Source: a virus. From it: a stretch of 64,000 nucleotides of DNA. Of the stretch, positions 9,603 to 18,516 are shown one piece after another. Below the pieces are notes generated by a model. That model saw only the letters and a program-made list of their open reading frames with translations, was not told the DNA's origin and did no database searches. Numbering within the stretch: the stretch's first letter is position 1; each line of letters begins with the position of its first letter. Made by a program: the position numbers and the translations under genes. The stretch is from the IMG/VR virus record IMGVR_UViG_3300005681_000033, positions 32,001 through 96,000 of that record. One strand, 5' to 3'.

Positions 9603-9851
9603 TTATTTCACCAATTCCGCGCCCATATCTTTGTCAGTAATCAACGGGAGCAATTTAACAATAAGTTGGGCACGTGAAGTCAATTGAAACTTAGAAAGAA
9701 TATTGGTCACGTGAAACTTAGCCGTTGATGTTTTGATTGCAAGAGCTTCGCCAATTGCCTTGTTGGACAATCCACGAGTCACCAATGTGGCAACCATAGC
9801 ATCACGACCTGATAGACCTTTTTCTTCCAAAAACTTATTTAATGCTGACAT
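9603..9851 (-). CDS. LuxR/CsgD-family HTH transcription regulator
   Basis: LSGRD...GLSNKAIGEALAIKTSTAKFHVTNILSKF...SR matches LuxR C-terminal HTH. Confidence 0.85.
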   Translation of the reverse strand: MSALNKFLEEKGLSGRDAMVATLVTRGLSNKAIGEALAIKTSTAKFHVTNILSKFQLTSRAQLIVKLLPLITDKDMGAELVK

Positions 9852-10010
9852 GTCAAACCTTTCCTGTAGTCAATCGAATTACATTTAATACAAAAACAGT
9901 AAATAAGATGACCTTGATCATCATATTAAACCAATCTTCACGCTTCCACATAACATGGAACAAACCGATCAAAACCGTGTTTATAATAAATAAATAATCC
10001 ATCTTGCCTC

Positions 10011-10241
10011 CTATTTCATTTTCTTTTCTAATTGTTTTAAATACGCTATAAACGATTTGAACTCTTTTTTTGTGTTAAAACAAATCGTCACCTCTTCCGA
10101 AAATGGCGCTGGACGATGTGGACTATGTTCTGTAACATAAAGTGCCACAAAATTAGTTTGCCACTCTTTGTCGTATCTGTGTTTGACCTCGATTTCTTGC
10201 TTCATAGGTTTTAACACGTTAATTGTCGATTGCATTTTCAC
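10011..10241 (-). CDS. hypothetical protein
   Basis: GGAGG RBS before GTG. Confidence 0.6.
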   Translation of the reverse strand: MKMQSTINVLKPMKQEIEVKHRYDKEWQTNFVALYVTEHSPHRPAPFSEEVTICFNTKKEFKSFIAYLKQLEKKMK

Positions 10242-10242
10242 A

Positions 10243-10734
10243 CTATACCTCCATCACAAAGCGTTTAAATGAACGAATAGGACTGTAGTTTTTTGAATCA
10301 AGATGCACGATTGTTGGTGCAAAGCCAAACTTTGCAGTGAATGCGTTGATGAATTTAGCCATGTCGCAATCTTCTTCAAGATAAGATGATTGACCTTGCA
10401 TATATGAACATTGGCTGATTTGTGTAGCAAGACCAAGCTCACGAACTAGGCAGTTTTTAACTGCCAACCAGCCATGGCCTGCATCTGAATGGAAATTGAA
10501 TTTCATTTTGTGTGCAATTTTTGAATGATCAGTAGGAAGCGAATCATTAGCCTGAAGTTTGCTCCAAGCTAATGTGTCATTGTAGGCAGTAGCTTCAATA
10601 TTGATTTTTTCCATAACCATCAAGTGTTCTTCTTCAGTGCAAGGAACTGCCAAGCGGATATCAGTCATTAACTGACCAGCCATGCCAATCCAGAAGTTTT
10701 TCTCACCGATTTGAATTTTGTATACTTTTTTCAT
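10243..10734 (-). CDS. conserved phage hypothetical protein (DxGHGW...YLEEDCD domain)
   Basis: C-terminal motif HSDAGHGWLAV...SY...YLEEDCD; own promoter and RBS. Confidence 0.75.
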   Translation of the reverse strand: MKKVYKIQIGEKNFWIGMAGQLMTDIRLAVPCTEEEHLMVMEKINIEATAYNDTLAWSKLQANDSLPTDHSKIAHKMKFNFHSDAGHGWLAVKNCLVRELGLATQISQCSYMQGQSSYLEEDCDMAKFINAFTAKFGFAPTIVHLDSKNYSPIRSFKRFVMEV

Positions 10735-10754
10735 AATTGCTCCTTGTTAAATAC

Positions 10755-10783
10755 AGAATACCTCTACTTTAGTTTAGTGTCAA
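10755..10783 (-). promoter_or_regulatory. sigma70-type early promoter
   Basis: TTGACA-17nt-TATTCT then GTATT and AAGGAG RBS. Confidence 0.8.
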
Positions 10784-10965
10784 GCGATTAATTGATAAAA
10801 CTCCAATAAGTGCTGTTTTGAGACAACTCCACGCTTAACCTTCATATAATCGTAATCAAATCCCCATGTAAGCTGTTCGTATTGTAATGTGACAGATTTT
10901 TCAGTGGTTTTAATAACTGTGAATACAAAGCCTCGTTTTGTGTATTTTTGGCCAACTGTGATCAT
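10780..10965 (-). CDS. hypothetical protein
   Basis: GGAGG RBS. Confidence 0.65.
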   Translation of the reverse strand: MITVGQKYTKRGFVFTVIKTTEKSVTLQYEQLTWGFDYDYMKVKRGVVSKQHLLEFYQLIA

Positions 10966-11151
10966 ACTTCCTCCACATAACTAATAAGCACAGCCAGTCC
11001 ATCTCTTTGGAACTTGGCAACATAAGTCTGGCTATTCATAAATTCAATAGCTCTCTTAACCAAGTCCATATCCTGGAGAGGATATTCGATTCTTGTTTCC
11101 TTGCGATAAAGTGCGCGAGCTAGAATTTCAGTGTAAGGATTGACTGACATA

Positions 11152-11346
11152 TTACAGCTCCTTGTAGATAGAATCGCCATTTGGTAAATCACGATAGTAT
11201 CCAACCAGGTCAATGCGACAAACAAATAACAATTTTTCGTCGTGTGTATAAAACGCAGATCCATCGTACTGATCTTCAGTACCCTGGCTAAAAGCTTCTT
11301 CGATTAGAACTTTTGCTTCTAATTCATTATGTACTCTTTGTTTCAT
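11152..11346 (-). CDS. hypothetical early protein
   Basis: promoter and GGAGG RBS directly upstream. Confidence 0.7.
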   Translation of the reverse strand: MKQRVHNELEAKVLIEEAFSQGTEDQYDGSAFYTHDEKLLFVCRIDLVGYYRDLPNGDSIYKEL

Positions 11347-11364
11347 ATTGCCTCCAGTGAATAC

Positions 11365-11393
11365 AGAATAGCAAGACTAAAGGCTAGTGTCAA
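11365..11393 (-). promoter_or_regulatory. sigma70-type early promoter
   Basis: TTGACA-17nt-TATTCT with extended TG. Confidence 0.85.
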
Positions 11394-11776
11394 CAATTAT
11401 TTTATGGTGTCTTGTTTTGGAGCACAAGCAGCAAATAATGCATTGAGAATACCGAGTGTCTCATCATTAGACATCATATGATTGAGATCACGCACGACCT
11501 TGCGCTTCTTGCCATTGTTGGTCAATTGTTTAATGGCTTCGGCGCGTTGTTTTTTATCAATTTGCTGGACGGCCATAATTCTCCCCAATTCTGCAAGCAC
11601 GAATTCGAACATGATGGTGCGGCATTGCCGCTTGATATTCACGAAGTTCTTTTTCGGCTGTTTTCCAGTCCATTCGCTCAACCAGGTCCACAAATTCCCA
11701 TCCCCATCGATCACGACCGGGTAAGTTATGATTTGGACTGTTCATGTCTTTTTCGCGACAAACTATGAAAAAAGTA

Positions 11777-12007
11777 TTATTGATCATTTTTCAATTTCCA
11801 TTCTGTATATAGATTGGCTTCACCAGCATCCATACCAAAGAAAGTTTTTGGATATTTAAAAACAGCTTTAATGCGATATTCGTGGTTTTTTGAAATAGGT
11901 GAATTATTAAATTCGTAGTCACGCAAAACAGAGGCTTCAATGCGTGTAGCCTGAGAAAGCTCAGGGATGCTGAATTTGTTTTGCATTCGTTCTTGTCTTA
12001 AATTCAT
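11777..12007 (-). CDS. XRE/Cro-like HTH protein
   Basis: LRQERMQNKFSIPELSQAT.I....L..YE pattern. Confidence 0.55.
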   Translation of the reverse strand: MNLRQERMQNKFSIPELSQATRIEASVLRDYEFNNSPISKNHEYRIKAVFKYPKTFFGMDAGEANLYTEWKLKNDQ

Positions 12008-12024
12008 ATTGCCTCCATATAAAT

Positions 12025-12053
12025 ACTATAGCAAGACTTTGCTCTTGAATCGA
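12025..12053 (-). promoter_or_regulatory. sigma70-type early promoter (extended -10)
   Basis: TGC-TATAGT-ATT; same leader GGAGGCAATATG as at 11346; weak -35. Confidence 0.65.
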
Positions 12054-12252
12054 CAATTATTTTGAATTATCTCAAATAGATACGGTTAGTCTATAATGCC
12101 ACAATTGAATGCCGTCGACCACTCCAGTTTTATTCCATTGGGCTATCTTTTCCTCAAATTGAGACACTGTCCAGTTTTTGCTTTCTTGTGGAAAGTCTTT
12201 AGTGACCGATTGACCTGAAAGTGTGTGAAGTCGAATATATTGGATTTTCATA

Positions 12253-12483
12253 TTATCGTCTCCCCATGTCAAAGTCTTCCCAGTCTTGCAATTCAGACTC
12301 TTTACGCATAGCGCGTTCACGATCTGGTCGCATTTCAATGATTTCATCTTCTGTAGGCTGACGATCTAAAGCTTCAACAAAAGCCTGGATGCATTGAGTG
12401 CGATTCATTGGCCAATCGCGATCAGCAATGGCCTGTGGAAGTGTGCAGCTATATGTTTTTGCGTATTTCATGAATTGATTCAT
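12253..12483 (-). CDS. hypothetical protein (start MNQFM)
   Basis: internal ATG just after upstream stop. Confidence 0.55.
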   Translation of the reverse strand: MNQFMKYAKTYSCTLPQAIADRDWPMNRTQCIQAFVEALDRQPTEDEIIEMRPDRERAMRKESELQDWEDFDMGRR

Positions 12484-12484
12484 A

Positions 12485-12835
12485 TTAACCTGCCTTTTCT
12501 CTGTTTTCAACGAATGACTCAAGTAATGGCATAAGATCTTCAACATAGATTCCACCAGTCAATGAAACAACTTCCAAAGTAGTATCGAAAGACTTGATGC
12601 CAATTTGCTTAAGAGCTTGATTTTGTGTACGTTTAGCTTTTAGGAATTTGACTTCATAAAGATCAGCTGGAGTCAAAACGATTTGAACATATCCCTTGAA
12701 TGACAGGCCATTAACTTTGAACTGAAGACCTTGCTCAATAACTGTAAGAGCTTGAACACCCATGCACATACACAGATTGCGGTCGATTTCTTTCATTTGA
12801 GTCCAGATTGTGTTAGCTACTGTTTTGTTGTCCAT
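12485..12835 (-). CDS. conserved phage early hypothetical protein
   Basis: first gene of leftward array; promoter + GGAGG; DLYEV.F...GIYVEDL motif. Confidence 0.75.
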   Translation of the reverse strand: MDNKTVANTIWTQMKEIDRNLCMCMGVQALTVIEQGLQFKVNGLSFKGYVQIVLTPADLYEVKFLKAKRTQNQALKQIGIKSFDTTLEVVSLTGGIYVEDLMPLLESFVENREKAG

Positions 12836-12854
12836 GTTTGCCTCCGATGAATAC

Positions 12855-12883
12855 AGAATAGCAATATACTCGACTAAAGTAAA
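12855..12883 (-). promoter_or_regulatory. sigma70-type early promoter
   Basis: TTTACT-17nt-TATTCT with extended TG. Confidence 0.75.
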
Positions 12884-12989
12884 GGGAAATGTGGGAATTG
12901 TGCCATTTTTGGACGCACAAATGCCATCACATTGAAATCACAGTTTTATTTACTGTTTCGATAATTCGATGTGTGGCTGAAAATCCGGT

Positions 12990-13237
12990 TTTTCACACCG
13001 GTTACTTTAAAGTAATTAAAACGATCACTTTAAAGTTATTAAACTAATTGGCCTCAATAGATTGAACTAGTGTTTTCGCTAGTTTAGTCTAGTAATTAAT
13101 TAAGTCAGTCAGGTCATACCTCACTAATTTGACTAATTTACAAGGCATAAGACATCTTAATGATTCTTATAATATCCTTTGTTATATTTCTAATATGTAG
13201 TTTCTAACCACTTTCGGTTATAAAACCCATATTAGAA
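12990..13237. repeat. cluster of palindromes/imperfect inverted repeats in non-coding gap
   Basis: TTACTTTAAAGTAA; AGATTGAACTAG..CTAGTTTAGTCT; TTCTAATATG..CATATTAGAA. Confidence 0.65.
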
Positions 13238-13771
13238 GTTTTCAGGGTCTCCCTCATCTTCAAACTTTAAACTCATTGCTTTAGGCTTGGGTAGAGTAGT
13301 TTTACGTTTATCTAGGGTCTTCTTTAAAGATTGAGCTTTTTGCACCACATTAGACGCACTATTCACCATTTTACCGAGACTTTCTTGTAAAGGGTCCTTA
13401 GACCCATCCTTGGCTTTTTTCTTTGCTATAGTGGCCTGCTGCTCTTCCAATAACGAGTCTGCGAATGCCTGGTCTTCTTCATCAGCTTTTTGGATAAATT
13501 CTGGCAAGTATTCCTTCACAGCCATATCATAGATTTCATTGTATTCCAGCTTTTCAAAACCAGCCTCGTAATAATGCAATAGGAGTTCTGGCCAACTCAT
13601 CTTGAATGTATCTAGGTATGGAGTTGAATATTCCTTAGAAAACCATCTACGGACCTTTCGTTCGAAATACTCATAAGTGTTGGATAGGACGGATTCTATA
13701 GCCTTGAGCTGTTGATTCTCAATAACTACTGAATTATCCTTGGGTTTCTTCTTCATTGAATTCCTGCTCAC
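13232..13771 (-). CDS. hypothetical protein, possible tail-assembly-chaperone partner
   Basis: helical RRWFSKEYSTP...ELLLHYYE motif; weak resemblance only. Confidence 0.45.
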   Translation of the reverse strand: MSRNSMKKKPKDNSVVIENQQLKAIESVLSNTYEYFERKVRRWFSKEYSTPYLDTFKMSWPELLLHYYEAGFEKLEYNEIYDMAVKEYLPEFIQKADEEDQAFADSLLEEQQATIAKKKAKDGSKDPLQESLGKMVNSASNVVQKAQSLKKTLDKRKTTLPKPKAMSLKFEDEGDPENF

Positions 13772-13976
13772 TTCTATAATCCATATATTGATGATAAGCT
13801 ACAGCTACGACCATAACCGGCCAAAATAAAATTCCACCAACCGCACCCATCAAAAATTGTAGGATTGTTGTGCCAGCTTGGTATGAGCGAATCATATCCT
13901 TAAGCATCATTACAGCAGCACCCAAATAGAATCCTAGACCAAAGGCTAAATATGTTAGCATTATTTTCTCCACCAA
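13734..13976 (-). CDS. membrane protein (2 TM)
   Basis: hydrophobic segments, LFWP motif. Confidence 0.6.
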   Translation of the reverse strand: MVEKIMLTYLAFGLGFYLGAAVMMLKDMIRSYQAGTTILQFLMGAVGGILFWPVMVVAVAYHQYMDYRSEQEFNEEETQG

Positions 13977-14106
13977 AAGTTTAAGGCATATTTGCCTACA
14001 TTAATCTCGAACTGTTTATATCTAGGGATTACAGTAATCCCAAACATGTACTTTGACACATAGCTATCGATTGAGATCTTTAAATGACCAATGTAGAATG
14101 ACGTTC

Positions 14107-14481
14107 TCACCATGCACCTGATTCAGGGTAAACCTCATTGCTGTCCAAATCATAGCCCTTATCGTTTGTTGATTGTAAGCCATATTCCCCGAACTCACTG
14201 ATAACATACTTCACAGACGTTGAACCATCTTCATAGGGCATTGTCTCATCAATCCATTCTTTTAATTTTAAAATACCCTCTCTATGTTCTACATAAGACG
14301 ACCAACCAGCTTGTGAACCATTAGGAACAATGACAAATGATTTATAGCCATTAATGCCTTCGCCAATAATACGAGTAATATTCTGTTTCTTTAGTAATTT
14401 CAATGCTTTATTACGTGTTCGTGTGAGTTTTTTCTCATCAAAGCTAGTAACAATCATTGTGATGTGATGTGTTGTTCCCAT
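14107..14481 (-). CDS. hypothetical protein
   Basis: start overlaps upstream stop. Confidence 0.65.
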   Translation of the reverse strand: MGTTHHITMIVTSFDEKKLTRTRNKALKLLKKQNITRIIGEGINGYKSFVIVPNGSQAGWSSYVEHREGILKLKEWIDETMPYEDGSTSVKYVISEFGEYGLQSTNDKGYDLDSNEVYPESGAW

Positions 14482-14951
14482 TATTCAATCTCCACTTCGT
14501 CTGGCTCTTCTGTTTTATCAGCAACCTCAATCTCTGGCTCTTTTTCAATCTTTTTCTTTTTGATAGCCTTAGTCAATCGTTCTTGACGTTCCTTAAGCTC
14601 AGCTTCTTTCTCGGCAATATATGTTTCTTGGGCTTCAACAGCAAGATCAAGGATTTCAAGGATAACATTGTCGTCTTTAATATGTCCACCAGGCATGTGA
14701 TCATTTTCCCAGAACGGAGGCATTTCAGAAACACGCTGCTCTAATTGAGCAAGGGCAAAAGCCTTCTCTCGAACATTCTGTGTAGCCAAATGCGAATTGG
14801 TCCCAAGTAGATCGCGATAACGTTTATCAGCTGCAATCTCTTCCATTGGAGACAACAAGCATTTAACAGTGAATGTTCCCATATAGCTAGACTTTGAATG
14901 TCTACCGATAATATTTACAGAAAACGTTGCAAAATCATCTTTAATTTCCAT
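14481..14951 (-). CDS. putative tail assembly chaperone
   Basis: Y.GTFTVK...EEI..D...L...P.FW...D.NVI pattern resembling myophage tail chaperones. Confidence 0.5.
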   Translation of the reverse strand: MEIKDDFATFSVNIIGRHSKSSYMGTFTVKCLLSPMEEIAADKRYRDLLGTNSHLATQNVREKAFALAQLEQRVSEMPPFWENDHMPGGHIKDDNVILEILDLAVEAQETYIAEKEAELKERQERLTKAIKKKKIEKEPEIEVADKTEEPDEVEIE

Positions 14952-15339
14952 TATTTAACCTCTTTCTCCATGCCTCTATCACTGGCAATAAAGTACGCTT
15001 ATTTTCATCTGAACTAGCCACAACATCTACATCCACAATCTCTATGGTTTCCATTTCACTTAACCATGCAAATTGTTGTTTTTCTTCATCGCTAAGCATG
15101 GGGGTCATAGAATTAGCAACAATGTCATTCCAACGATTCATGAAATATTTTGCCATAATCTCTTGTAAAGATGGACCACCGGTAAAATTAATTGCTGAAA
15201 AAACAGCCTCTGTCTGCCAAGGTGTTGGAACGGGCTCAACAAATCTGTAAATCGGTCGAAAATGCGTACTCACTAAAGCCGTATCCATTTTCTGAACCAA
15301 AAGTCTGTTTGTTCTGACAATTTTGATTTCGTAGCTCAT
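14941..15339 (-). CDS. hypothetical protein (apparently leaderless)
   Basis: TGTGG-TAATAT 6 nt before ATG; no SD. Confidence 0.65.
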   Translation of the reverse strand: MSYEIKIVRTNRLLVQKMDTALVSTHFRPIYRFVEPVPTPWQTEAVFSAINFTGGPSLQEIMAKYFMNRWNDIVANSMTPMLSDEEKQQFAWLSEMETIEIVDVDVVASSDENKRTLLPVIEAWRKRLNNGN

Positions 15340-15494
15340 ACAGGTATATTACCACAAGTCTATAAAAAGCGTACTAGACTAAAGTATAGGCGGCCTCATA
15401 ATTAATTTTTATTTTTTGGACCAAGGGAAATACTGGTTTTTATTTATTCTTGAAAAATAAGATTTGCTGTTTCTGTCTTTGTTTATGTTAATGT

Positions 15495-15627
15495 AAGATA
15501 CGAAAACAAGATACGTAGCCAGATACGATAGCCAGATACATTTTTCTTATATGAGCACAAGATACGTTTTCAAGATAAAAAAGGCAGTATAAAAACAAGA
15601 TACGTAGCCAGATAAATTACAAGATAT
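15495..15627 (+). repeat. iteron-like direct repeat array (9 x AGATA core, 12-13 bp phasing); candidate replication origin
   Basis: AGATA at 15496,15509,15521,15534,15560,15573,15598,15610,15622; exact 23-bp duplicate 15503-15525 / 15592-15614. Confidence 0.75.
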
Positions 15628-15646
15628 CACAACAAGAGCGTTTTTT

Positions 15647-15657
15647 TGTGGTATAAT
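15647..15657 (+). promoter_or_regulatory. extended -10 promoter
   Basis: TGTGG-TATAAT upstream of 15678 gene. Confidence 0.7.
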
Positions 15658-15677
15658 AACACTATGGAGACCATGTA

Positions 15678-16283
15678 ATGGATGACAAGATTAATAAAAA
15701 AATGTACGATAAAATAGCTAATAAGATTAAGAAACAGCTAGAAAATGGTGAGGATGATCCTCGACTTTTGGAGATTTCCAGCCTTGAAGACTTCAACGAT
15801 GGGGAAATCTTGGGTATTTTAAAGGCGTATTACGATTCAGATAATATGGTTTATAGGCGTATTGCTACGATTTTGAATTCAATCGTTACCCATGGTCATA
15901 ATGTATTTGTGGTTACTCAAAAAATAACAGATGATTTATTGGAAAAAGACCCATTGATTACGGCAAATAGTTGTGATGGGAAAACTTATAAAAAAATCTT
16001 AAAAGCTATGTTTGATCTTAAAATTATCGCTTGTTTAAGAAAACCAGTTAGGAATGATTTGGGTGTGAGTGGTAAGGCTGGATTGTATGAGATTATTGAT
16101 GAGGATATTTTATCTGCAATGTCTAGATCAATTGGAGCTAACAATTTATTGGCCAAACGAAATAAATTTATCGAATGGTTTGACAAAAACAATCCTGATT
16201 ATGAATACGAATTGACTGAAAAAGATCGTTTAGAAAATCAAAAAGACCAGGAGGCGGCTGATGCAATCTTCAAACCAAAATAA
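15678..16283 (+). CDS. putative DNA-binding/replication initiator-like protein
   Basis: adjacent to repeat array; helix-wing-like ILKAMFDLKII.....GKAGLYEI. Confidence 0.45.
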   Translation: MDDKINKKMYDKIANKIKKQLENGEDDPRLLEISSLEDFNDGEILGILKAYYDSDNMVYRRIATILNSIVTHGHNVFVVTQKITDDLLEKDPLITANSCDGKTYKKILKAMFDLKIIACLRKPVRNDLGVSGKAGLYEIIDEDILSAMSRSIGANNLLAKRNKFIEWFDKNNPDYEYELTEKDRLENQKDQEAADAIFKPK

Positions 16284-16767
16284 ACCGACAGCAGAAGATA
16301 TCTTTAAAAGATGGTGTGCTTCGCTACATGAGGATAAGTCTCTACAATATAAGTATGGAGAGCGCAGAAAACACTTAGAGCGGTTAATTGGAGGGTTTAA
16401 AAGAAATGGTATAGAGCAAGACGATGCTCAATTGATGAAACGTAAGGTTGTTGAACAACTTGTTAGTAAAAAGGGAATGAAAGAGTCAGGTCGTGGTGGT
16501 GAATATAGCAATTGGAAAGAGAATGCTGAGAATGATTTTGACGATGTTATTCAATTGGCATATGTTCCTGAATATCAAACTGAAGATTTGCACTACAAGG
16601 TATCTCAGACGTTCAAAGAAGACCCAAACATCGTAGCTTGGTGCAAGCAGAAGTTTGGTCCTAACGTTAGTATTTTGACCATCAAAGAAGTTCATACAAC
16701 GGGTAGTATGCTTAGATCAATGTTTGTAAATGAATGGCACAATCGAAATACCGGAGGTAAGTTATGA
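16261..16767 (+). CDS. hypothetical protein
   Basis: GGAGG RBS, overlapping neighbours. Confidence 0.7.
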   Translation: MQSSNQNKPTAEDIFKRWCASLHEDKSLQYKYGERRKHLERLIGGFKRNGIEQDDAQLMKRKVVEQLVSKKGMKESGRGGEYSNWKENAENDFDDVIQLAYVPEYQTEDLHYKVSQTFKEDPNIVAWCKQKFGPNVSILTIKEVHTTGSMLRSMFVNEWHNRNTGGKL

Positions 16768-17069
16768 GTTTTATTGACAATATGTGGCAAAACCACAGGA
16801 CAGCTACGATCATCATTGGTGTGATTTTATTTCCAATTGCTATTGCAATTATTGGTTTGAAGTTGTATATGATGTTTCAAGTGGGCGCTGCACACAAAGA
16901 AATGGAAAAGGCTAAAGAGCAAGACAAAAAGCTTTTAGCTGAAGAAGACGCATTAAAGAAAGCAGCAGATACTTCGCTTGCTGAGGCTGATAAAGCTGCT
17001 CAACGACGAGAGAATCGTGCTGATGAAGGCGCTGTTGACATGGATTGGCATAAAAAGAGAGAGGATTAA
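16764..17069 (+). CDS. membrane-anchored coiled-coil protein (i-spanin-like topology)
   Basis: N-terminal TM followed by Ala/Lys/Glu coiled coil. Confidence 0.5.
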   Translation: MSFIDNMWQNHRTATIIIGVILFPIAIAIIGLKLYMMFQVGAAHKEMEKAKEQDKKLLAEEDALKKAADTSLAEADKAAQRRENRADEGAVDMDWHKKRED

Positions 17070-17764
17070 TGTCAAATAATAATCAATGGTTTAAACCTCC
17101 TAAACATTGGACTACCTGGTTTTGTAGTGATATACATTTCGGGCATCACAATTGTATTGAGTATTGCAATCGTCCATTTGAAAATGTCGATGTGTTTAAA
17201 GAAAAGTTTATTGAAGATTGGAATAAGCTTGTTCGTAAAGAAGATCTAGCTATTTTTGTTGGTGATATTTTCTTTTATCATACCAAAGAACAAATGAAAG
17301 AAACACTTAGTCGCATGAATGGTCGTAAGGTCCTGGTTAAGGGCAATCATGACTTTGAAGCTCGTATCATGATGAATGCAGGCTTTGAGATTTGTGTGGA
17401 CGAAATGGTTATGACTATTGCTGGTGAGAAAGTACAGATCTCACATTACCCATTCAGGATGAAACCAATGCTTTATCAATGGGTTAAATTTAAGCGAAAT
17501 ATGAAGAATGCACTCAAGTGGCTTGGTATTGATCTAAAGCCTATTTTTTTAGAAAAATACCACCACAAGCGTCCAGTAGATCGTGGTCAATTCTTAATTC
17601 ATGGTCACACGCACAGCAAACACCAGGTTAATGGGAGAGCTATACACGTCGGAGTTGATGCTTGGAAATTTCGTCCGGTGAATATCCAAGAGGTAAGTAA
17701 TTTGATTGAGAAGATTAGAAAGAATGGTCCGGTGTACACCAAATACGAATCGAATGAGGATTAA
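17069..17764 (+). CDS. calcineurin-like metallophosphoesterase
   Basis: SDIHFGH, GD, GNHD, HYP, HGHTH, VGVD motifs. Confidence 0.9.
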   Translation: MSNNNQWFKPPKHWTTWFCSDIHFGHHNCIEYCNRPFENVDVFKEKFIEDWNKLVRKEDLAIFVGDIFFYHTKEQMKETLSRMNGRKVLVKGNHDFEARIMMNAGFEICVDEMVMTIAGEKVQISHYPFRMKPMLYQWVKFKRNMKNALKWLGIDLKPIFLEKYHHKRPVDRGQFLIHGHTHSKHQVNGRAIHVGVDAWKFRPVNIQEVSNLIEKIRKNGPVYTKYESNED

Positions 17765-18160
17765 ATGAAAAAGTTAGTATGTTTAATTATAGCATTTGGT
17801 ATGTTTAGCAATATTGCCATGGCCGAATGTAAATGGGCCACAGGCGTAACAAAGGTCGAGACTGGTTATTTGTATAGCAATGATTGTCATGGTAGAGTCG
17901 GCTTGCTAGTTAAAGATGTGGATGACTATAAGATTGAAGTCACTGAGTTGCGCAAGACAATTGACCTAAAAGATTTGGCATTGACCAAGGCTGATCAAAG
18001 AGTTGAATTGTGGCAAACAACAGCTGTCAAGATGGAAGATAGGCTTAATAAAGTTGAGTCTGCTGCCAATACACAGAAATGGATTTACTTTGGTTTAGGA
18101 GTTTTAACAGTATTTGCTGCAGGTTATGCAGCTAAACAAATTTATGGAGGTGACCGATGA
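17765..18160 (+). CDS. exported coiled-coil protein with C-terminal TM (spanin-like)
   Basis: signal peptide, coiled coil, C-terminal TM. Confidence 0.45.
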   Translation: MKKLVCLIIAFGMFSNIAMAECKWATGVTKVETGYLYSNDCHGRVGLLVKDVDDYKIEVTELRKTIDLKDLALTKADQRVELWQTTAVKMEDRLNKVESAANTQKWIYFGLGVLTVFAAGYAAKQIYGGDR

Positions 18161-18516
18161 AAATTGCGGCAATGTTAAATAGAAATATGCACCAAGCAGC
18201 TAGTCTGTTGGCTAAGGCCAGAATTCCTGCAGTAACAGCTTTTAGGTTAAAAAAAATCATTGATAAAATTAATCGAGAATTAGCCAATTACGACGATGTT
18301 TTGTCTAAAATGCAAGAAAAACATAAAGGTGAGGATGGTCAGGTTGATCAAAATGCTTTTATGAAAGATTACCAAGAACTAGTGAACATTGATGTTCCAA
18401 TGGATAAAATTCCATTTGCTCATTTAGAGAGTGCTAATTTATCTGTTGAAGATTTGCTGGCTTTGGAGCCAATTTTGGATGGTTTGGAAGACCCTGAAGA
18501 GTCTAAGAAAGCTTAG
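18157..18516 (+). CDS. hypothetical protein
   Basis: GGAGG RBS, ATGA overlap. Confidence 0.7.
   Translation: MKIAAMLNRNMHQAASLLAKARIPAVTAFRLKKIIDKINRELANYDDVLSKMQEKHKGEDGQVDQNAFMKDYQELVNIDVPMDKIPFAHLESANLSVEDLLALEPILDGLEDPEESKKA

Noticed and set aside
1015-11768. Plus-strand ORFs of 60-115 aa over the early region, and other antisense ORFs over long genes
   Set aside because: They are shadow frames of well-supported opposite-strand genes, lacking RBS and plausible composition
15495-15627. Repeat array as a CRISPR array
   Set aside because: Units are only 12-13 bp with no unique 25-40 bp spacers, and no cas genes are nearby
15664-15678. Mini-ORF METM* starting 6 nt after the -10 box and overlapping the 15678 ATG
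   Set aside because: Its GGAG is adequately explained as the SD of the 15678 gene; a leaderless uORF cannot be supported from sequence alone
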